This document shows, piece after piece, positions 39,901-52,700 of a stretch of DNA of 64,000 bases (positions within the stretch are counted from its first letter, which is position 1; the number at the start of each line of letters is the position of its first letter). Where the stretch lies: NCBI GenBank assembly GCA_030141605.1, contig JAQGDQ010000011.1, forward strand, positions 554,066 to 618,065, in the 5' to 3' direction. This DNA is from Tubiluchus corallicola. Its lineage: Eukaryota; Animalia; Priapulida. The position numbers and the translations under genes are program-made. The notes beneath the pieces are model-generated. The model saw only the letters and a list, made by a program, of their open reading frames with translations. It searched no databases and was not told the origin of the DNA.

Positions 39901-42900
39901 AAGAGTCCGTCGGTTATTTAGTACTAGTAACAGTATATCTTATGACATACGTTAAAATACCAGTAATTTATTTACTGTAATTTGTACGTATTATAACTTA
40001 TTTTAACCAAAAACGTATTTTAATTTTGCAAATAACAGAATATCTTTTCTCTTTTTGTTGTGTTAAACTTGCACCCATCTACGTGGACCTAATGTTGTAG
40101 AAGCTGAATAAACTGATTTGAAGAAATCCAATATTCATACTTTTGTTAACTGTTACTGGGGCCGGGGCATCACAACATTTATAGCCCAACCGCCTACAAA
40201 ATCAAAATTCGGTTCTGTGTGTCAGCGCCTATTTTGTGCAACGCGTTCTCGACATGCAGACGCTAGTGCCCATCTAACTAACAAATGCATGTAATCAGCG
40301 AAGAACAAGATGCGTGAAATGCGGAATTGGGCTTCTGCGGTAATAGTTCCTTCACGCAAGCCATTCTTTAAAAATAGTACGTTTCCTTTCAATGTTTTAT
40401 AGGGCTGATTGTTTTGAGCTATAACTTATGATTAGGCTAGGTTCTCCTTTAACTAAAAATTACGAGTAAAAATGATTTCTGATTCTTTTTCTGTCCAACA
40501 GCTTTTTGCACAATAAAACAAGACGTTAACTATACGCACATGTTAATATTATACATAATTGTGTAGTTGTTAGTCTTGCATTAGTTAATACGCAAACCTG
40601 TCTAGCTGAAACACCCCATTCAGCCTAAATAGTAAATATCATTTTGCCTGTTGTTTAAATTTTGCATGTCGCTCCTTACCATACCTAAAAACCCAATGCC
40701 TGAATTACTGCGCAACTAGTTGGCATCCAAGCACCCAACTAAAAAAATCGACCGAACGACCAATTAACTATTTAAATTACTAACCTGCTAGTCAACCAAA
40801 CAAACACCCATCCTGCCATATAACCAACCATCTACCCAAACACCCATCCAAGCAACCAGTCAGAAACCAAATTTTTTAAATAGTTTCAACAAAGCTACAA
40901 ACCTGCCAATCAACAGACTAACTGACCAACCAACCAGCCGGCCGACCGACTAACCAATTGATCGACGAGCCGTCGAACAATCACCAACCAGCAGGCCATT
41001 AGCAAACCTACCAGCTGCCATTAGTGTGATTTTGCAGGCCATGAGTGACCAAACGCACTGATCGGTATGTCAGTCATGAGACAAATTGATCAAGTAAAAG
41101 CAATAATTATTGAATAAGTGAATAATTTAAGAAATAAACAGAGAAACGTGATCAATTTAATGAAACTTGTGAAAAGGAATAGTCTCCATTGATCAATTAC
41201 AGCAGTAATTATGGTAATTAGCTGTATCTGCTCGTTGCTTCTAGGGTAACACGCTAGGTAACAGCACCGTCGGACGTCGTTTGACAACCTTTTTGAAGAC
41301 ATTTGGTAGAAGGAATGGCAGCGCTAGTTCCACCAATTCCCGGGTCTTACCTCCTCTTACCCCAGAGACGGATATCGTCGCCAGGGTCACGCCTAGATGT
41401 GATAAACCAGAATCACCTAAACGTTCATACCAGATGAGAAAGAAAACGGCGAGAGAATTAAAGTAAGTTGCTAAACTAGAAAATAGGCCCGCTTGCGTGA
41501 AAAAACGAAATACATAAAAACAGACAAAACCATGAAAAAAGAGCATTTCATTTTGAACAAAGAACATTTATTTTAATGTCTGATACTATCACCATTTGTA
41601 GCTCGTATCATAAATCGTTTCTTCAAAATCTTCGTTGATGTCTGATCTGTGGAGATGAGAATTAGAAAAACACATCATGATGTTAGAAATTTGGAAAAAC
41701 GTATTAAGATGCGTCTTCGTATCTACTTGCGATAACTTCTAAATCTAACAAGTCTGTCATTTATTGCTTTCCAACAAGCCTACAAAACAGAAGGTTTTTG
41801 ATTAAAATGTGAGAGACTAATTCATTAAATTTGTCTGTATGTGCCTTATTTAGCATTTTACCTAAAGCATACAAATATTATTTCTTCATCTTTTAGATGA
41901 TTCTCTAAAACAATATTAGAATCGATTAAGAAGCACACGTTAGACGCAACTCAATGCGCACTTTGCAAATTAGCGCCAAATTATAATTAAAAATTAATTC
42001 AGCGGTGATGCTTAAATACTGGGGGCTTGTTGGGCAGGTGCACTATGGGAGTATTGATAACAATTGACTCTCATTTATTATTAATTTGTTGATGCAAGAA
42101 CGAAAACCTGCACGAAGCCATGCTCGAATAAATCTTTTACGAAATGCACCCCAGTATGAAACCTTGAATTAAACCTGGCTTTAAACTCAATACGAAACGG
42201 AATGACGGCTTGCGTGAAGCCCAATATAAAGCCCTGCATCAGCCCTGCATGAAACTCAATATGAAGTCCTGGTTTAAGCCTAGTACGAAGTGCAGTAAAA
42301 AGCCTTGCATTAAAATTTAAGCGAAGCCTAGTACGAAGAATCGTATTAAGCCTAGCACGGAGCCCTGTATCAAGCCCTGTTTGAAACCCAGCACACGCCC
42401 TGATTAAGTCTTTCATGAAAACCACCACTATGACCCTTTGCATGAAGTCTTGTATGATGCCCGCTATAAAGCCCTATATCAAGGTCTGTATGAAGCCTTG
42501 ATTAAGCTGGCATGAAGCCATTATTCTAGGTCTTCCATGGAACCTTAAATGAAACCCATTATGAAGCCCTGCATGAAACTTTGCACGAAGCACTGCGAAT
42601 TTTCCACGAAATTTTGTTATCTAATTTCCAAAGAATCCTCGATGACCCTCTTTGTGTCCCACAAAAAACTTTTGTTGAGCCCTTCTAGGATAAATAAAAC
42701 ATGATCATTCATATGTTTTCCTGGCTGAAGCCGTCCAGGAAGTTCCATGTAAAGACCTTGATGAAGCCCTTTTGTTGAAATCCTGAATAACCTTGACTGA
42801 ATTACTTTGTTTTAATTATTCTGCCAGGAAAGAAGTAATTTTAATTCATTAATTTTACTTTCGGTCAATTTAAGCCATTTCTTGCAGGCATGAAATAGAC

Positions 42901-43821
42901 AAAGCTCGCGAAACAATGTGCTGGAAGCCTGTGTTAGAATTTTATACAACAATTTTTGAGTCTTTCACTGATATCAACATAACATTCAAGGTTTGTATGC
43001 ATTACTGTAAAATTTTATCATATTTTTAGACTAAAAGCGTGCATTTGCGTTTAGAAAAATTGCATCTTAATGGATGGTCAGTTGCCGAAGTTGCGAATCT
43101 TACAGCAAAAACGTAGGGTAAAAAAATGCACACCTGCATAACAGGGACTATTATTACCTCACTTTTGCCCTAAGTGCCACGCGTCAGGCAGGGCAACAGC
43201 AGGTGCCATTTTTAAAGTTTTTGGTTTAACCCCGCCGCAGTATCGAACTCACGACCTCCCGGACGGAAATCGGACGCGTTACGACTTAGCCTTCTTGTCA
43301 TTATAAGACACAAATTTGCAGCAACAATACACTAGGATTAATTAACAGCTAATAATATGAAACGTTTTTGGTCAATTTGTGCTTTGTGCAATTAATATGT
43401 AATTTTTTTAAATTTTTTATTTTTATAGAGGAATCCAGACAAAGAGTACAAGACTCCATCTGATCCTGGATTGAAATTTGATTATTTATATGCAGTATAC
43501 GATCTTTTCTTAGAAGTAGTGAGTTGAATATTGTAAACGTTTTCAATTTTTTTCTAAATAACTGTTTTCGATCGTCTTCGAATTTGTTGTCAGTGATTTC
43601 GAAACTGTTGTTTTACTGAGTGCTTTCAATTTTTATATTTTTTACCAGAGAATTGAAATTTTTCAGGACCAAGATGTGCAAAAGGCCGTCCTGAAAATTA
43701 TTATCAATTGTTTACTGAAGGACAAAAGGTATTTTGTCATAGAATTGGAGTAAAGATTGTACATAACTGTTTCAATTACTTACATAATTTGCTGCCTTTA
43801 TCATCTTACATTTTTGAAATA

Positions 43822-43891
<70 letters not shown>

Positions 43892-46800
43892 TGTCTATCT
43901 GTCTGTCTGTTATTATATTAAGGCTCGTTTACATGTTACATTTCGCACGTAAATAAGAGCCAGTATTTCTGTGATAACTATCTGTATGCAATTGCATAAT
44001 ACATGTACAAAATATATGCCCAAAGATTTTATTACGTAGCAATCTGTAGTTAAGCTTGCATTTTGATTTGTATGATGTTCATTTTGTTTTTTGTTTTCAG
44101 ATTCAGCGATCCAACAATGTTTTGGTGAGTAAGTTTTAGTAATTTTTAATCATTAATAATTTGTTAACATAGCTTTTACACATTATAATTCAATGTTGTG
44201 TGCTTTTTAAAATTAACTCCCCTCACTGATTATTTTACAGGCCCCACACAAAGAATGATCTCAGAGCTTATATCATTTTGATACAGGTATTGTAGCATTC
44301 TATTTCATGTGTTTATTTGGACCAAGCAGTTCCATATTAACGACTGTTCTTTCGAGTTTAATGTTAAAAAAACAGACTAACTTTAAACCTAATGGATTCG
44401 ACATAGTGTGACAATACCAGCTTGGCAGTGTCACGCCAGTAGTGTGTAGGTAAACTTTGTAGCATAAGTGACTAATTGTGACACCTAGGCAGTAAGTGTC
44501 AAAAATCTTCACATGACATCAGTGACGTCACTGACGTCCTTCACATGTGAATGCCACCGACACGGCTTGGTTTGTAATTGGATGCATTCCAAGACGTCGT
44601 TTTGTCCTCTAGCGGTGAGTGGATAAACTTCGTGATATCACTGATATGATACCTAAACAGGTTAACCAACAGTCACTGTGATACACGAGCAGTGATTTTA
44701 TAAACTTGTGAGTAGTATAGTGAGTCAATACTATCACGTAATTTTCAGTACAACTTTATTTTACGTGATAACTGTAGTCCTTTATATGATATAATATCAT
44801 ATTGACTAATGCTGTGATTTTTTAATCGTTTCAGAACCCTGTGTTCCACAGCACTCAGTCATATGTAGTATTCGCTCACCTACTCAGGCAGATCTCTGGA
44901 TTAAGCGACTATAACCACCATTTTCTCGTCCACTGGTTCAGGAAGTATATAATTTAAGCTTAACCTTTTTACGGTATTTTCTTATTTTTAAGAAACTGCA
45001 TGATTCGCTATTCTGGCACTAATTATGCTGTTTTTTCTTGTCAGCCAAACTGTATCACCAGTCACTAACATAAACTATTTTTGCGTCCTTTAAGTAAGTT
45101 TTAAGTAATAATTTTATTCTGAATAAGTGTTAGCACCTGGGCAGGTTTCTTCTGATGATCACGTGTGTACTTGGTTGAGTTGCGTGCAGTGTGGGCAGGA
45201 TTGTGCTGTGCTGTGCTGTATTTGATTGTTTTGATTTGCTTGAAATACATTTTTTCTAAATTCCTTGTTTGGAAAGTTTATACAAACGCCTCCAAGAATT
45301 TGCAATGGAGTGTTGCAGTTTGTTAATGTGCTACTGAAAATTCAAAATAAGTTACTCTAGGTGCTTGTGTAAATTGAATAATGTATGCTTAATAAAATCA
45401 TCAGTATTCTTTCTCCCTAATTAGTTTCTTTCTTAGTTTATTTAGAATATTACAAATAAAGTGGACCACTTTGAAACAAAAGCCACCTTAAATTAATGCC
45501 ACCTTTCGATTAGCACCAAATTCTTGATTGACGAGCTCACTGGTTATAAACCAACCTTTAAATCTGATTTAATTGTAGTTAATTAGTAACAAAATATTTA
45601 ATTGTCGCAGGTTACCTCTAAAGCGGTTCAAGAAACTTCTGACTATGATTCACCAGTTCATCACCGTGCGTTTATTTCCACCTAAGATGCAGGATCTACC
45701 TCTGATGTCGAAGTGCACGTGGTGGATTCCCAGCGCTACTAAAGTTCTGGCGTTGCTCAGTAAGTTTCACAGACCGGCCGCCTGGTGGTTTTCCAAATTG
45801 GTTATTGCATTCAACTGTATTACTTTCATTATCTTTTTCTTTTACTTATAAAGTATGTGGTCGATGTTTACTGCTGGAACTAGACATTAGGAAGCTGAGT
45901 CTTCAAATTCATATAATCTACATGTGGGAAATGTATAAAGAGGCACCACTTTTGGTCACATTTTGAAACTTTGAAGCTTTAACCTGCCCTTTGTCACATT
46001 TCGAAAAGAAATTTCCTTCACAATCAGACCCATGTGTTGGCATGTATATTAAAATGATAATAATAACCTAATAGCAAGAAGAAGAAGAGCAACAGCAACA
46101 ACAGCAATGTGTTTAAAAATGCAAATTAAAAACATACACATAATACAGTTCTCCATTCCTTTGCTATCATTGAACTTTATTTAATAAATTTGTAAACTCA
46201 TTATTCTACGTAAAATGCACTACATGACATGGGCTGATCTTCCAAAATGTTCATAGAAACTGTAACCAACTAAATACGAAAAAAGAACTATACAAGTTTG
46301 TAACAAAATTAGGCTGAAGACAGCCCAGTGAGACTGAAATGCCAAGTTATTAGAGTCAAATATCTGATTGAATTTTACTTCTTTTGCAGATGCTACAAAC
46401 ACCATGAATCAAACACAAATGGTGCCTTTCACAGAGTTTTATAATAGTGCCTTAGACCATATGGATCTGATGGCAGAGTATTATGCATGGCAAAATCCTA
46501 GCACACATCCAGGGTAGGACACTTGTTTTCCACTGACTAGCAGTTATGCTAAAATCGTGTTGACTGTGATCGCCTTTTTTTCGTCGATAAATTTCTTATC
46601 TACACATTTCCTGCTCCCTTCATTTATGGTGTTGTTTGTTTGGTGGTTTGTCATCTGCCTGTTTGTCTGTCTTTCTTTCCTTTTTTCTGCCTACTAGCCT
46701 ATCAATCAGCTGTATGTCTGTCTGTGTGTCTCTCTGATTGTCTGTCTTTCTTCACCTCTTTCTGCCTGCCTGCCTATCAATTTGCTGTCTGTCTATTTAT

Positions 46801-49665
46801 TTTTCTATGTATCTGTCCGTCTATTTGCCTGTCGTCTTTGTATCTATCTGTTTAACATTTTACCAGTTGGTGCCATAACAGTTAAATTACTAAGAATTTT
46901 CTTTTCTTGTTACATAACTATTTCAAGCAGGTAAATATAATGCTAAGTAATATAACTTTGTGTGGAAAGTTTTTTGGATGTGCTTTAAAATAGCCGTTTT
47001 CTTTCTACTTAAACTCTTGTTAAGTGAAGTGTGTCAGAAATAAAAAATAAATTGCTCCTGTGTGTGAACGCACGTAGTTTGCTGAGCATGCAGCTTTATG
47101 TAATTACTTTTACTCTCTTCTTATTACCAGATTCTCCTTTTGCCAGTATCCATTTGTTCTCAGCATCAACGCAAAGAGGATTATATTGCAGAGGGACTCA
47201 GAACAACAGATGATCATCAACGCCAGAGTAAGTGCTATTTTTCTCAAAGTAAAACGCATAGCAATAGTGCATTACAGTAATTATAAAAGTTACTACATGT
47301 AGAACACGAGCACAAAGTAGAAGTTCAGGCGAGGAAACAGTCACACAATCACTGTGATTTTTTTGAGGTTTGCTTAGTCTCCTGTGAAATCATTGTTTTA
47401 AAGTTTAAGAATTTCGCCATGCTAGGTAGAATGTGAGTATGATCGAGCAGGAATAATAGCGAACCGCTACTGGTTCAGTGAGCTTATTAGAAAATTAACC
47501 TTATTACACACAATGGAAGCCCCTTTTTGAGTGCTGGGCGATTTGTTTCGGACAGAACACAGCACAGTAACAGCTAGCTGCATGCGCTATAAATATTTTA
47601 AAGCAGGCTGGTATTTAAACTGATGTCCTAGCTGTAAAATAATATGCCTAAACTTATTAATTAAAAAACTAGTGCCTTCATATGGGTTTCTACATATAAC
47701 TACAATTTTTAAGTTGTTAAGTTGTTGTATCTTTGCTTGCAAGGTACTACTTGTTTCGTGCGTTCATTTTTGCAATTTCTAGTTTGAACTTTCGTATTCA
47801 GGCAGCCGTGGCGCCATTTGTTAGCAGAGATCATTAATATATTTCTTTATTGACTGATATTATATTTGTCTATGCTTGCATAAATATTTTATTGTCAGTA
47901 CAATTCTTTTTCTCATGTTAGCTAGCGACACTTTCATATTGATTGTACCACAGAGTAGCAGCCACTAGTATGGGTAATTAGATAACGTGTTGTACATGAG
48001 CAAGTTTGGCAACACGATAATAAAGATTTTTATACACGGTGGTACATAAGCTTTTGCTAGAGTGGTAACTGGGTAACAGAAATACTGCGTAATGGTATAG
48101 AACAATTTACTACATCAAATTATTGCTGAAAAAAACTGTGAATCTATCATGCCGTCAAAGTTTAATGTGAAAGCGTCTGGCATATCCTGCAATCTTGAAG
48201 ATATGAACTCTGAGATTATTTTTTTCGATTGAACTGAAAGGCTTGGAAATTCGCTGGACCTCAACTCCACCAAACACATTAGAGCCATCCTGAAAGACAG
48301 AGTGGACGCTAACATGAGAAAAACATTCCATTGATCAGCGTTCAACAGATAAGCACGTGAGACTATCTGCAAATTGTGTTAGTGGATCTTGAGTTCTTCG
48401 AGCCACTGTTTTCATCATACCCCTGAAAACTGCTGGCTATGCGTGACATACGTGCCAGACCGTATATCAGAAGTCTTTAAGCCCAAAGTAACTTCGTATT
48501 AAGAAGATTATATTAATTTTCCAGTATTTATTTAAACTGTCTTTTATATTATGCAATCGCCTTACTACAGTTGGAAATAATTTGTCTGTAATTTTTAGAG
48601 ATGTTTGGTAGCAAAAGTACAACGTAGACAGCAACCCGATGTGGCCATGTTGTTTCTGAGCCTGAATATTAGGCGATCACATATTGTTGAGGACTCACTC
48701 AATGAGGTTAGCTTTACATTAACAACTGCTTTAAAGGGATGTATCATTGACATTGTAATTCGAAAGTGAGTTTATTCACTCAAAAACAGGCTGTCTAAAA
48801 GTTGTAATACTCTGGTGTTGACCACATGGAATAGTAAACGTAGGCTTAACTCAAGAGTTCACCAACATACTGGAAAATTTTATATGTGTCAAACAGGCTG
48901 ACATGACTTTTAACATAACTTTTTTGCAGACATTTTATTGTATTATGTATGTACACTTTTACTATTGTTTTTAAATTACTGATAGATCATCTTTATTGTA
49001 AACAGACGCTTTATTCTCTGTAAATGAACTATAGGGGGGGGGGGGGGTAATTGTATGTGCTGTTTATAATAGTTTGTTTTACTAATTCTTGTATAGTGTT
49101 ATACATTTTATTTTTAACGTTTTGTTTGAAAGAAATTCTGAAATAAAGTTTTAAATTCAAATTCAAACTGTACCATAATTTATTTAAAGAAAACGTGGAA
49201 TGTGCATGCCGTTATTTATCAAAACTTTCTTATAATGTAGTTGTAGCAGTTGTATGGTACTCTGATTTTTGTCTGTATAGTAATATTAACATTAAAACAG
49301 ACTAGATGTACAGAAATGAACCACAAAGGCATATTGTATTACAGATACAAAAGAAACAGGGAGACCTTAAAAAGAAACTGAAGGTGAATTTCGTCGGAGA
49401 AGCTGGGTTAGATATGGGCGGATTGACGAAGGAGTGGTTTTTGTTGTTGATACGACAAATCTTTCATCAAGAATATGGTATGCCGATGTAAGCTTTATTA
49501 TGAAAATGATAATGACTTCTGGCAAGCCCGCAGCAAAAAATTGCTATTTCTTAATTGATCAAAATTGCCATTTCTTAATTTTAAGATACAAAGTAAATGT
49601 CAGGCTAAATGTTCCAAACAGGAATGATTTAACAACAGGAGAAAAGAGAATATTGCACGAGTAAA

Positions 49666-49711
<46 letters not shown>

Positions 49712-52700
49712 CGACATATATAAAAATCATTGTAGCAGTAAATAATTGCTCGGCAACTTTGGTTTCAATTCTACGATTTCAGGAATGTTCATATTCAACA
49801 TGGACTCACAGACATTTTGGTTTGTAAGCGAAGTCAGCGATAGTTACCAAGAATTTCATCTAGTAGGAGTTGTATCCTTTTCTTCTTCAACTGCTTTGAT
49901 ACCTACTAAATTTATTATCATTGATTTTGCTGTTCAGAATGTCCTGTTATTATTTTTTATTGTGGAACTATTTCATTTGCATGCACTATGTAAAAAGAGT
50001 AATATGCTGGTCTATTAGGGCTGTTTAGCAGGTTTAGCGGTGTTGAACCTTGCCTTCATTTCGACAGGTAAGTAAAGCCTTAAAGTAAGCCTAGAAAAAA
50101 ACTGTTTGTGGAAAAACCTAATATTTCTTTAAAATGCTGTTTTCGGCAAAAACACTGTTAATAATGGCGTTTTAAAAGCACTTAAAGTCTGCTAACAAAA
50201 CTGTCTAAACTCAATTAGATTTTCTTTTCTGTTACCAGTTTCTTCTATGATATTTTACCTCAACTTCTCTGTAGCTGATGGGTTTGGCAGTGTACAATAG
50301 TACAATTTTAGATATAAGGTTTCCACCTTGCTGTTACAAGAAGCTGCTGAGTCCTGCTGTGGTACCTGCCAGCACTGCTGGAGTGCCACTTGGTGTCGTC
50401 AGCATGACCTTAGATGATTTCGCTCAAATATGGCCGGTAAGTGTACTCACTGTAACGTCTCGAAAAAAGGAGATGCAGAGACCAACAGTCTACAGGCCTG
50501 GGACAATATTAAATGGCTTTACATGAAAGTTACCACTAACCAAGGACATCACAGGCGTTCATGAGCACTATGCACTTTCAGAAAATGGGGATGATGGCAT
50601 TTTCGATTGCAAAAGAGATGACAATGATGATGATGATAGTGATGGTAATGATAAGGCTGCAGATGATGATGACTAACGAAGATACTGATGATGACGTTGA
50701 TGGCGGTAATGATGACGACAATGATAATGATAGTATAAATACAATCACGGATAAGTTTCAATTATTTAATACAAAAAGATTTATTTAAAACTATAAACTC
50801 TTCATCACACATCACTTCAACACACATCACACATAATGTCATTGAAACAAAAATGTCGCACACACGTGGAACAAGAAAAATGGCGCACACCCCCTGAACC
50901 AAAAACACAATATGCAAAATCTTCGTGACACAGTTTTACAGATAGTAACAACATAATGACAATTGTAAAGACAACAGCGATGATGACTATAACGTAAAAG
51001 AACTCGTCTAAATAAAATTTTGCTGTTTTTGCCTACTGCCACAATGGTAAAAAGCTCTTGTAATTATTACAACTTGTGATTTACCTGATTCTTTTAGGAC
51101 ATCGCTCGTGGACTGAGAGAGTTGCTAGACTACGAGGGAAATGTGGAAGAAGACTTCTGTCTTACATTTCAAGTCTCTCACATGGAATACGACACCATGA
51201 AAACTGTGATGCTAAAACCAGATGGGGACCAAATACACGTGACCAATGCTAATAGAGAAGGTATGAATATAACTAGAAACTGATGATACGATGTCCTTGA
51301 GAAAATCACACGTCACTTGAAGAAAGATATATGCTGAATGAAATAACATTGGTTTCTATGCTGCATGCTAGAAATGCAGTTTGGGACCACCTTGGAAATA
51401 AGTGTGGGAGGTACTAAGGTGTTATCCCTGCACTATGTCCTAAATGAAATTATTATTATAATTATTGTAATATAGTGCCCTAGTGTGAATTTGTTAAATA
51501 GGGCCTATCTATGGAGTTTTCCCTGATAGTCGCAAGTGGTTTATTGCTGCACTTGTTTATGATGTTACAGCAATGATAGGGTTGAGAGAATAAAATAATT
51601 ACGCATAAATATTATTACAAGGCAAGAATAAATTCAAACATTTCAAATAATATTAAATTCGATTAAATTCAGTTCAAGAGACGTTTCTTTAACCCAATTT
51701 GTAATTAAAATACCGTTATAAGTTATAATTGTAAATATCTTTTTGAAGCTCATTAAGTTTCAATTACTAAATGTAATAAAATCATCATATTCTGCCCATT
51801 AGGTCTGTTGGAGACATATGCAGGCAGAACTGTAAAATAAAAAAAATCTGCCTTCAAGACAGTTAAGCACAGCAGTAATCCAGCAAAACACTGCTATGCC
51901 AGTGGCTGTCAGCGCTACTTGAGAACAACGAAAGACCCTCTCTCGGTCAGCAGCATAACGGGTACTCTCCACCCGCTGAAATCTTCAAGATCTTCTAGTT
52001 GTATTATGCAAAATTTTAATTGAGCGGGTGTATTTTTCCAGGTATATAGCTGCAACTGCAAATTTCCAAGATTGCTTACTAACAATGTAATCCCTAGAGT
52101 CTGCATATTCTATGATTTGCTTTTGAGTTTGTAGACCCTTTATATTAATTATTAAAATTATGTTCATGTTGTTTTTCACAGAGTACGTGAAATTGTATGT
52201 AGACTGGGCATTGAACAAGTCAATCTATCACCAGTTTAAAGCATTTTACTTAGGATTCCACAGTGTCTGCGCATCAAATGCTCTCATTGTAAGTTTCTAA
52301 AATCTTGAGTGTAAAATTCTATAGCACTTTGTCAAAATAGTAAATTATGCTTAGTGCGCTAAGTAGATTGAAGTTCATAAACAGCAACTTGAGAAGGCAA
52401 CATGAGTGAAACTTGTAAACTTAAGTGAAACTTATGTAATTCAGCAACTTGAGAAGGCAACTTGAGTGAAACTTATGTAATTCAGCAACTTGAGTGAAAC
52501 TTGTAAACTTAAGTGAAACTTATGTAATTCGGCGGTTCAGATTTACTTGTTAATTGTCACAAGTTCATATGCATCATGCAGATGTTTCCGCAGAAAACCA
52601 AAACAAAATGCAAACTTTTCTGTATATTACTACTACAATGGTACATGGTATTTTCAAAAGTAAAGAAGTCTGGGTCTCTTCTTTGGTTTTAGCGCCTAAA

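Noticed and set aside
42081-42443. 120-aa minus-strand ORF in a HECTD2 intron
   Set aside because: Overlaps the 12-bp degenerate minisatellite; no recognisable domain.
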